Shown here piece after piece: positions 8,891 to 16,207 of a DNA stretch of 20,000 nt. The first letter of the stretch is position 1, and each line of letters begins with the position of its first letter. The translations under genes and the position numbers were made by a program. The notes below the pieces were generated by a model. The model saw nothing but the letters and a program-made list of their open reading frames with translations. It did not search any database and was not told where the DNA came from. This stretch comes from an uncultured virus (IMG/VR IMGVR_UViG_2667527966_000006) (Duplodnaviria > Heunggongvirae > Uroviricota > Caudoviricetes): IMG/VR virus record IMGVR_UViG_2667527966_000006; one strand, 5' to 3'.

Positions 8891-9724
8891 ATGAGCAACC
8901 TCAACAATACAGTCAAAAAAGATGATCTGGATGAGCTGACCGCCATGCTGCAACTGCTCGATGAGCCTGAAAAACTGGCTTCGGAGGCCGTTGTAGGAGA
9001 CGAAATAGACGACCTGCTGGCAGATCTTAACGATGAGACGATCGTGCCGGTGCCGGCTGTTGCTGAAACTGTAATGGAAGCGAAAGACGGCGGCGATCTC
9101 ACCGGTGTGTTTGAAGAGTTGGAAAACGAACATGAGTCGCTGAAGGTGGTTGATGTTGAGATACCTCAAGTCGAGTCGATCTCCCCTCTTCCTAAGATCG
9201 ACTCGACACAGGGTGATAAACCTCAGACTGATGAAAAAAAGGAGAAACACGCCAAAGAATCGTCAGTTGCGGCTCAGCCAAAAGAGTCGAAGGCAGCGAA
9301 AAAAGAGCGCGCAGCACCCAAGCCTCGATTCAGTCTGAACGAAAAGGGCGATGATTTTTATGCTGCGGCTGGCCTGAAACGTGAGGTCTTTATCGAAGCT
9401 CTGAATTCGGCGCCGGTCAAGGCAAAAGACAAGATCTCTAACCTGCTAAATTGGTTCAATGGCGGACCGGATATCAGCATCTACACGGTGATTGCATTGC
9501 GGCATCTTATTGACACAAAAGAGGCAAGCAGCAATAGCATTAAGCTGGCGTTAATGAGCTATCCGGAAAAGCCATATCCACTCAGCACCGCGTCGACTCA
9601 GGCTGGCCAGATGATGGCTGTTTTCCCAGTCACGGGAATCGCTACGAGGGATGGTGGAAGATTGCTTCTTAATGAAGAGTCCCCGATCGTAAGGAAATTT
9701 ATCGCGGAGTATTCCATTGGCTGA
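8891..9724 (+). CDS. Hypothetical protein (acidic N-terminus, Lys/Glu linker, globular C-terminus)
   Basis: 277-aa ORF with strong RBS AAGGAG. Confidence 0.8.
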   Translation: MSNLNNTVKKDDLDELTAMLQLLDEPEKLASEAVVGDEIDDLLADLNDETIVPVPAVAETVMEAKDGGDLTGVFEELENEHESLKVVDVEIPQVESISPLPKIDSTQGDKPQTDEKKEKHAKESSVAAQPKESKAAKKERAAPKPRFSLNEKGDDFYAAAGLKREVFIEALNSAPVKAKDKISNLLNWFNGGPDISIYTVIALRHLIDTKEASSNSIKLALMSYPEKPYPLSTASTQAGQMMAVFPVTGIATRDGGRLLLNEESPIVRKFIAEYSIG

Positions 9725-9796
9725 CGATCCGTTTCGCGCTCTGAAGCCCCCTGATAGTTTTAGAGCGTTGGACAGTTATTCGTATGCCCCAACAGT

Positions 9797-9844
9797 AAAA
9801 AACACGCCAGAGCGTCTCCCGTTAAGCAATCTGGCGTGTTTTTT
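9797..9844. terminator. Possible bidirectional terminator
   Basis: A6-CACGCCAGA...TCTGGCGTG-T6 inverted repeat with an 18-nt loop. Confidence 0.6.
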
Positions 9845-9876
9845 CTTTATTTGCCATTCGTAAAATGACATGAAAA

Positions 9877-9898
9877 AATAGGTAAGTACTTACCTATT
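9877..9898. promoter_or_regulatory. Perfect 22-bp palindrome, operator family A
   Basis: AATAGGTAAGT|ACTTACCTATT lies immediately upstream of the methyltransferase start and downstream of TAAAAT (9861-9866). Confidence 0.75.
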
Positions 9899-9908
9899 GG
9901 ATTGTAAA

Positions 9909-10502
9909 ATGATAGCAGCCGAAAAAATCAAAAAGCGAGAGCGAGATGCCTCTCTTCGAGACCTTTGGCGCACACCGAAATGGTTGTTTGTCGCCATTCA
10001 GCGATATCTCGGCATTACGTTTGATGTTGATGTCGCCTGTAACAAAGAAAACGCGCTTCTTCCGAGCTACATAGGTGTGGAACGAGATGCTCTTAAGTCC
10101 AGCTGGGGTGATCCTGGTACGGTGGCCTTTCTCAACCCGCCCTACTCCAAAATAACCCCCTGGATAGAGGCGGCTATCCGAGAGCAAGCGCGTGGTGTAA
10201 CCACCGTTATGCTCATTCCGCAATCGCTCGACACGATGTGGTATGAGCGCGCCACCGAGTGCGCAAACCAGACGGTAGTTCTGTCTGGCGGCCGCGTAGC
10301 GTTCATGGAACCAGACGTCACTTTGGGTTTGGTTGAGGTCAATATCAACCCTGGCGGAAGTATGCTGGTGGTCTTTCGCGGATTCTGTCAGAACGCTGGT
10401 CACTTCATGAATAAAGTCCCGCTGACGGTGATGAAAAGTCTGGGTGGTTACGATCCTGCCAAAGTGATCAGGAAAAAAAGACCACGGAAACAGGCTGCTT
10501 AA
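9909..10502 (+). CDS. Phage-type DNA N6-adenine methyltransferase
   Basis: DLWRTP.W, FDVDVAC, FLNPPYS catalytic motif, VMLIP, GRVAF. ATG at 9909 chosen over TTG at 9897. Confidence 0.88.
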   Translation: MIAAEKIKKRERDASLRDLWRTPKWLFVAIQRYLGITFDVDVACNKENALLPSYIGVERDALKSSWGDPGTVAFLNPPYSKITPWIEAAIREQARGVTTVMLIPQSLDTMWYERATECANQTVVLSGGRVAFMEPDVTLGLVEVNINPGGSMLVVFRGFCQNAGHFMNKVPLTVMKSLGGYDPAKVIRKKRPRKQAA

Positions 10503-10526
10503 TCCGAGTCTGGGAGCGTTTCATAA

Positions 10527-10583
10527 CCTGCTTTCGTATATATAAATAACTAAGTACTAATTATAAACATATACGAAAGCAGG
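10527..10583. repeat. 15-bp perfect inverted repeat enclosing an AT-rich family-A-like site
   Basis: CCTGCTTTCGTATAT (10527-10541) and ATATACGAAAGCAGG (10569-10583), followed by CTTTT. Confidence 0.8.
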
Positions 10584-10699
10584 CTTTTCCTTGTCGATTC
10601 CAGACCACTCCCAGACCGAAACAAGACGCCCAGACCACTCTGGAACCCCTTTCCAGACGCTATAGAATCGTTTTTGTGAAGACAAGTAAGGAAACCATC

Positions 10700-10933
10700 A
10701 TGGCATACCCGACCAACGTTGTAGCGCTCGTTGAGAGCGATTTTTTGGCTAACGCTCGCGAACTCATGAAGGATCGTGAAAAGGCATTCAGTCTTTACGA
10801 GTGGTCACTGAAATGTTTGCACACTGGCGAACACAAAGACCTGATTGAGCAGCTCCTTGGCGAGCTAATCAACGAGGTTTTTGCTCTGCAAGTTCAGCTT
10901 CATGGTAGACAAAATGATCAGTCAGGAAAGTAA
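10700..10933 (+). CDS. Small hypothetical protein (77 aa)
   Basis: ATG at 10700 after AAGGA. Sequence MAYPTNVVALVESDF... looks helical. Confidence 0.75.
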   Translation: MAYPTNVVALVESDFLANARELMKDREKAFSLYEWSLKCLHTGEHKDLIEQLLGELINEVFALQVQLHGRQNDQSGK

Positions 10934-10947
10934 GTAAGTAGTTACCG

Positions 10948-10976
10948 TTTACGATGTATCATAGTGGTTGTAGAAT
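10948..10976 (+). promoter_or_regulatory. Sigma70-like promoter abutting a family-A operator (10930-10949)
   Basis: TTTACG-17 bp-TAGAAT. Predicted start ~10983 coincides with the first hairpin. Confidence 0.6.
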
Positions 10977-10982
10977 GATGTC

Positions 10983-11467
10983 GATTTCGACCTGAGTCGA
11001 AATCTCGGTCTGGTGGGTGGAGGATAGCGTCACTGGCACCAGACTTAAAAAAGCCCACAACCAGCGCAGAACCAGCCCTTTTGGGGTCTGGGGAAGGGGG
11101 AACCAAAGTGGGCAGAGAGAAGGGTCACTTTATGATTGTCGAGTCTGGGTATTTTGAGAGGTTGAATCCAGTACTCCCCTTCATGAAGTGTGGGAAGATC
11201 TCGGTTCTGGGGTGCTGTCATCCATAACTTCCCAAGCCTAAGCTGGCAGTAGACTTAGGTCATAACTTTTCAGGTTATGAAACGACCAGGTTGGTGAGGA
11301 TTTTTTACTCACCTCCCTGGGAGAGTATTACCTGAAAAGACAACCTCTCACTTCGTTCGAGGTGAACTTCACTCACTTCGTTCGCTCAGTTCAGGTAAAA
11401 ATAAACCCGATCTGGGAAGTAATTCATTGAAAATAAATATGTATAAACACGCGTGCGCACACGCGCG
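10983..11467. other. Highly structured non-coding region (candidate ncRNA, primer RNA or replication origin)
   Basis: No credible ORF. Many inverted repeats, GTCTGG repeats, a G-tract, tandem G.A hairpins and an alternating RY tract. Confidence 0.5.
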
Positions 11468-11505
11468 AGGAAAAACGGGCGGCGGCGCACGCTTTGGAGT
11501 TAGAG

Positions 11506-12093
11506 ATGACGACAAGCACACACGCCAGACGAAAAACGGCAGCCGGCCGTGCGCAGCACCAGTATCAAAAACACCCCCGCAAAAACTTCAAAACGCCAGT
11601 TGTCGAATTTAATCCCCGGTTTAAGACGGTCAAAGTTTTCAGTGATGGCTCTTGTCTCAGAAACCCAGGCGGGCCCGGTGGATATGGCATCGTCTTTCAG
11701 TTCCGCGGCGAAGAACGCGAGTTTTCCGACGGCTTCCACAGCACCACAAACAATCGCATGGAGATGATGGGCGCCCTGATAGCTTTGGAACGCCTTAAAT
11801 TCTCCTGCAACGTGATCCTGCACTCAGATAGCCAGTATCTCAAAAATGGTATGACCCTCTGGATGAAGGGGTGGAAACAAAATGGTTGGATCACTGCTGA
11901 CAAGAAGCCTGTTAAGAATGTCGACCTCTGGAAACGACTCGATTTAGCCGCCAGTCGCCACAATGTCAGGTGGAACTGGGTAAAGGGCCACGCCGGGCAT
12001 CGAGAAAACGAAATATGCGACAGGCTGGCCAAGATCGCAGCATATGCGGCAGCGGATACTCCACACAAAAAAGATGCTGGTTTTTTGGTATAA
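11506..12093 (+). CDS. rnhA: Ribonuclease HI with basic N-terminal extension
   Basis: [51 protein letters not shown]. All four DEDD catalytic residues present. Confidence 0.95.
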   Translation: MTTSTHARRKTAAGRAQHQYQKHPRKNFKTPVVEFNPRFKTVKVFSDGSCLRNPGGPGGYGIVFQFRGEEREFSDGFHSTTNNRMEMMGALIALERLKFSCNVILHSDSQYLKNGMTLWMKGWKQNGWITADKKPVKNVDLWKRLDLAASRHNVRWNWVKGHAGHRENEICDRLAKIAAYAAADTPHKKDAGFLV

Positions 12094-12137
12094 AATGATA
12101 AGTAAGTATTTACCTATCATTTTGTATCATGTATCTT
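12092..12137 (+). promoter_or_regulatory. Family-A operator (extended 32-bp imperfect palindrome) overlapping a promoter -35
   Basis: AAAATGATAAGTAAGTATTTACCTATCATTTT. TTTACC (12109-12114)-17 bp-TATCTT (12132-12137). Confidence 0.65.
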
Positions 12138-12250
12138 ACCCATCGTCAGGATGACAACGTGCTGGTTAGGCACGGTTCCAAGGATGGAACGCAAAAAACG
12201 GCGGCTGGACATTCCAGCCGCAACTCTTTCTGACATTGAAAGGATTTCAA

Positions 12251-12790
12251 ATGGCACATCAAACGCCTTCCTCTTCTCTTAAGAAACACCCCCGTTCGCT
12301 ACGACTCATCCTGGCGGAGTTATTCTCCGGCCGTGTGTCTGCACGCCTGTCCGAACTGGAAGAGAAAGTAGGTCAAATGGAGCATCGTCTGGATGACCAT
12401 GCGGTGGCCATCTCTAACCTGGGGGCTCGTGTGGCAATGGGGGAAGTGATGAAGACCCGAACCGCAAAAATCCTGCGAGACACCTGGGGCGTGCGAGCCA
12501 ATCAAACGCGCATGGAGAGCTCAGATGGATCAATTTCAACGAAAAAGACTACTTCCAATGGCCTACGTGCTGATCACGATTTGTCTGGCAGCCGTAGCAA
12601 TACCGTCGACTCAGGCGTTGCTGATGCCGGACTCATGCAAAACGGTTTCGCAGCATCCGCCGGCACCAATCACGGAAAGCACACCCAGCATCACCACCAT
12701 GCCCCGGTCTGCCACTCTGGATGGGATGCGGTTGGATTCGATTCCTCAAGTTTGTCCTGCGACTCCGGATCTTCCTCCTGCTGCGACTGA
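12251..12790 (+). CDS. Hypothetical protein (coiled coil plus Ser/His/Cys-rich low-complexity tail)
   Basis: ATG after AAGGA. Ends in DSSSLSCDSGSSSCCD, a tail type seen in phage proteins. Confidence 0.65.
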   Translation: MAHQTPSSSLKKHPRSLRLILAELFSGRVSARLSELEEKVGQMEHRLDDHAVAISNLGARVAMGEVMKTRTAKILRDTWGVRANQTRMESSDGSISTKKTTSNGLRADHDLSGSRSNTVDSGVADAGLMQNGFAASAGTNHGKHTQHHHHAPVCHSGWDAVGFDSSSLSCDSGSSSCCD

Positions 12791-12799
12791 GGTGATGGC

Positions 12800-12988
12800 G
12801 TGATCTTCTTACTCAAAAACTGGTCATTCATTTGGATAGCCATTCTGCTTTTGGCGGTGGGTGGCTGGATCTCAAACATCGTTAAGCTGGCACTACACGG
12901 TGATTTATTTCTTCACTCAGGTATGACGATCGCTCGTGTTGTGGGGATTTTTGTCCCACCGATCGGCTCTGTTCTCGGGTTCTGTTAA
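12800..12988 (+). CDS. Small membrane protein
   Basis: GTG after GAGGTG. Two hydrophobic segments (...GWISNIVKL...ARVVGIFVPPIGSVLG). Confidence 0.7.
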   Translation: MIFLLKNWSFIWIAILLLAVGGWISNIVKLALHGDLFLHSGMTIARVVGIFVPPIGSVLGFC

Positions 12989-13090
12989 TGGGCGTAGGGG
13001 TTGAAGCCTTGGAGGCTCTCTTTGCTGCCTTAATGTTTATTTCTATACGAAAACAATTTGTTTAAGCACATAACATATAGGGAAAAACAC

Positions 13091-13516
13091 ATGTTAGGTT
13101 TCTTCAAAAAGAAAACTCGTAAAGCGGTTATTGAAGTTAAAAAAATGGAGAACCGCGATGCGGTCGAAGCTACTGTCTGGGGCGCATACATGATCGCTTA
13201 TGCAGACGGCAACTGTGATGCAAAAGAAATCGCTATTCTGGAGAAGACCATCTCCGCATTGCCAGCTTTCTCACCGTTCGCGGGTGAGATCGCCCAGATG
13301 AGCAGCAATATTCGTGCTCGCTATGAAGCTTCTCCTCGTTCCGCCAACGCACAGGCTCTTCGGGAGCTGGCTGATGTCGCCGGCACTCCAGAAGCCGTTG
13401 ATGTGTTGTGTCTCTGCCTGGATATTGCCGATCAGGATGGCATCGGCGAAGAAGAAGAGGTTGTGCTGAAGAAAATTGCTCAGGCGCTGCAGTTATCTCT
13501 GGATGCGTACATCTAA
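13091..13516 (+). CDS. TerB-family protein
   Basis: MIAYADGNCDAKEI and DIADQDGIGEEEEVVLKKIAQAL are TerB-like acidic metal-binding motifs. Confidence 0.8.
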   Translation: MLGFFKKKTRKAVIEVKKMENRDAVEATVWGAYMIAYADGNCDAKEIAILEKTISALPAFSPFAGEIAQMSSNIRARYEASPRSANAQALRELADVAGTPEAVDVLCLCLDIADQDGIGEEEEVVLKKIAQALQLSLDAYI

Positions 13517-13671
13517 TGGCAGAGAAATTAAGGCTGGCCGTCGTCGCCATTCTTCTCGTGCTGGTCGTGCTGGTGGACTTCACTGGCAAACTGATGTCTA
13601 TCGCGGCAGATGGCGTGTTGGTTGGATTGGCTATCTACTTTGCCCAACCTCTACTTAAAAAATCGAAGTGA
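13516..13671 (+). CDS. Small two-helix membrane protein (51 aa)
   Basis: TAATG coupling to the TerB-like gene. MAEKLRLAVVAILLVLVVLVDFTGK... Confidence 0.75.
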   Translation: MAEKLRLAVVAILLVLVVLVDFTGKLMSIAADGVLVGLAIYFAQPLLKKSK

Positions 13672-13675
13672 TCGC

Positions 13676-13703
13676 CGAGGGCCACCTGGCCCTCGATTCT
13701 TCT
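13676..13703 (+). terminator. Probable terminator
   Basis: CGAGGGCC-ACCT-GGCCCTCG followed by ATTCTTCT. Confidence 0.55.
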
Positions 13704-13798
13704 GGTTTAACCGTTATGACGCGTTTGCCCCCCTCTTCTGAATTGTCAGAATAAAGCCACCAAGAAAACAAATTATTTTAACAATTAAGGAAAAACAC

Positions 13799-14393
13799 AT
13801 GTGTGATAAATGCACCGCCGCTAACGCTGAAGTAAAGAAGATCATTAATGAAGTCGGGGCTAAAAAACTCGTAGGGATGCTTGATTCTATAACTGGTCAT
13901 GGTGACGCTCATCCGCTGGAACGCATCATGGCCATCGTCCAGGTCATGGACTTATTTGACGAACCAATGAAAATCCTGATGCTTGCTCGTCACTTTGGCG
14001 GGGCGTATGTGGAAGAGCATGAACGTGCCAATAAACTGCAGGCAACTCTGGACATGATGAGCGAACCAAAATGCGCGCCGGCGCCAGATCTCTCCGGCGC
14101 CAGATCTCTCCGGAGACAATATCGGCATTGAAAGCAAAGAGCGGGAGATCGCCAGCCTTAAGTCTTCTTTAGGCATGTTAATTACCGCCTTTAAACTAAT
14201 GGCAACCCATAACGGGTTCAAAATGCCAGAGCTAACCGGCGATGAACATCCCGCTGCTATTCGCCAGCTGCTTGGTGCGATGGCGGATAATATGGATGAA
14301 GCGAAGAGCCGTATCGAAGACATGATGCGAGAACTTGCCCATCGCCACGATCTAAATGACCAGCCGCACAAGATGCAGCAAGTCAGCCACTGA
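13799..14393 (+). pseudogene. Hypothetical gene frameshifted by a 16-bp tandem duplication
   Basis: CCGGCGCCAGATCTCT occurs twice at 14078-14109. Removing one copy joins ORFs 13799-14131 and 14175-14393 into one 192-aa frame. Confidence 0.85.
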
Positions 14394-14405
14394 ACCTGAA
14401 ATAGC

Positions 14406-14425
14406 AAGGGGGCGAGAGCCCCCTT
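14406..14425 (+). terminator. GC-rich stem-loop
   Basis: AAGGGGGC-GAGA-GCCCCCTT with a GNRA loop and no strong U tract. Confidence 0.45.
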
Positions 14426-14521
14426 CCCCTCCTCCGTAGCCCTCTGTATAGATCTTTTACGCCTTTTCTTGTCTGAGATAATAAAACCAACAAGAAAACA
14501 AATTGTTTATATGGTGAAATT

Positions 14522-16207
14522 ATGAGTACAGCGCTTTCTGTCCTTGAGTCTTTTGCTTCGAACACCGGTATCGACCACAGCAAAGAGATGAACGTCATCC
14601 ATGACATCGTGGCCGAGTGCGAGAAAGAGATTGCGTTCATGCACCAGGTTCACGACTTCGTTTATGGCGATGAGCGTCACAATATGATTAACCGCCTGCT
14701 TCGACTCAACCACCGGCCGGATGACGAACGCACTCGTTTCAACAGATCCTGGCTGGATAAGGTCGATCTTGAGTGGGTGAAGCAGAATATCTGGGCCGAA
14801 TACTGGAAGAAGGTCACGGATATGACAAACGTTCTGCTGATCATGCCAGCTTCCCGCCGAGATGAATGGCGCGAACAGTTCATAGAAGGCAAGCAGGAAA
14901 CCATCAAGACTGACAGAACCGGCTACCAGATGAAGGTTAAGGAGTTCGTTGGCGTACCTGAGTTCAAAGCAGAGACGGTCATCCCCACGATGGTCAATCT
15001 GCTGAATGACAGGCATAAATATCTCTCTGAGCGCGTGTACGGTTTGTTTAAGGCGCTGAGCCCTGCGCACAAGACCAATAAAACGAACGGCTTTAGCGAG
15101 CGGCTGATCATCGCCAGCTGCATTTCAGAGTTCTGGCGGGATAGTGTCAGCGTGAACTATCGGAAAGAGGATTACATCGATGACCTGCGCGTAATGCTGC
15201 ATTTCTTTGCGCATAAGGAGTTCATCACCATTAACCGCACAACAGAGATGCTATCGGCTGCGTACCGGGCAAATGATTGCCAGACGGGTGATTGGATCAA
15301 CGTGGATGGTAACCTCATGCGCGTGAAAATGTTCAAGAACGGTAATGTGCATTTTGAGATCCACCCAGATGTTGCCTGGAAGCTTAATGAGGTGCTGGCG
15401 TACAGTATGCCGGCCGCTATACCAGCCCCCTGCCGAACAGCCCCAAAAACCAGAGCTCCTAAGGAGTTTGGCCTCATTCAAAAGACCATCTCTGAGCCCG
15501 TTCGATCCACTTTACGTGACGGGCGATTCAGCAAAGACAAGGGGGTTTGGTACTTCTCTGATTCCAGTCTCCAGAAGTCGCAGGTTGAAGAATTGGAGCG
15601 CACATTGAGCTTCATTGGCGGCGTACAGGATAAAAAGCACTGGCAGTTCCCGTATGAGATCGGTCAAACACTCAATACGATTGTGGCGACAGGTTTGATC
15701 CCGGATGCAAAATCACATCAGTTCTACCCTACCCCTCGCGTAATCGCGGAATACGTGGCCAAGGTCGTTGACTTGAAATCTGGCGAAACATTGCTGGAGC
15801 CGGAAGCTGGTCGCGGAGATCTGCTTACGTTTATTGAGGCGAATCCTGAGGACGTGACCTGTATTGAGGTTGCGCCGCTATTTGCTGACATCCTTCTTGG
15901 AAAAGGCTACGTGAACACAGTCTGCTGTGACTTCATGAAGTGGTCTGCTGAGAATGAAGGATACCTCTTCGACAAGATAGTCATGAATCCACCCTACTCT
16001 CTCGGGCGCCACAAAGAACACACGCTGGCTGGGCTGGGACATCTGAAAGTCGGTGGGCGCCTTGTTGCTGTTTTGCCGGGGGACTCACCAACACTGAACT
16101 GGATGATGCTGGATAATTTCGTCTACGCCAAAGGTAAGTCGTTCACAGGCGAGTTTGATGACACGGGGATAACTGTCAGTGTGTATGTATTCAAACGAAC
16201 AAAATAA
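14522..16207 (+). CDS. DUF4942-like domain fused to a C-terminal SAM-dependent amino-DNA methyltransferase
   Basis: QFYPTP, LLEPEAGRG (SAM binding), IVMNPPY (catalytic), LKVGGRLVAVLP. The N-terminal KTN..F..RLI and KMFKNGNVH motifs are DUF4942-like. Confidence 0.8.
   Translation: MSTALSVLESFASNTGIDHSKEMNVIHDIVAECEKEIAFMHQVHDFVYGDERHNMINRLLRLNHRPDDERTRFNRSWLDKVDLEWVKQNIWAEYWKKVTDMTNVLLIMPASRRDEWREQFIEGKQETIKTDRTGYQMKVKEFVGVPEFKAETVIPTMVNLLNDRHKYLSERVYGLFKALSPAHKTNKTNGFSERLIIASCISEFWRDSVSVNYRKEDYIDDLRVMLHFFAHKEFITINRTTEMLSAAYRANDCQTGDWINVDGNLMRVKMFKNGNVHFEIHPDVAWKLNEVLAYSMPAAIPAPCRTAPKTRAPKEFGLIQKTISEPVRSTLRDGRFSKDKGVWYFSDSSLQKSQVEELERTLSFIGGVQDKKHWQFPYEIGQTLNTIVATGLIPDAKSHQFYPTPRVIAEYVAKVVDLKSGETLLEPEAGRGDLLTFIEANPEDVTCIEVAPLFADILLGKGYVNTVCCDFMKWSAENEGYLFDKIVMNPPYSLGRHKEHTLAGLGHLKVGGRLVAVLPGDSPTLNWMMLDNFVYAKGKSFTGEFDDTGITVSVYVFKRTK

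Noticed and set aside
10500..11400. CRISPR array
   Set aside because: The repeats are 6-13 bp, irregularly spaced and in mixed orientation. No cas genes.
11427..11612. 61-aa ORF overlapping the rnhA start
   Set aside because: TTG start without an RBS. It runs through the alternating RY tract and overlaps rnhA out of frame.
10983..12093. Retron or DGR (structured RNA plus RNase H)
   Set aside because: No reverse transcriptase motif is present in any ORF in the window.
12141..12235. tRNA-like cloverleaf
   Set aside because: No canonical D-loop, T-loop (GTTCRA) or 7-nt anticodon loop, and no acceptor stem with CCA.
12525..12803. Alternative-frame 92-aa ORF with a hydrophobic segment nested in 12251-12790
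   Set aside because: It has a possible GGAG RBS but no recognisable family, and overlaps a longer ORF almost entirely. It cannot be supported without conservation data, though it is not excluded.
13091..13516. Tellurite resistance operon
   Set aside because: Only a lone TerB-like domain is present, with no terZ/A/C/D/E.
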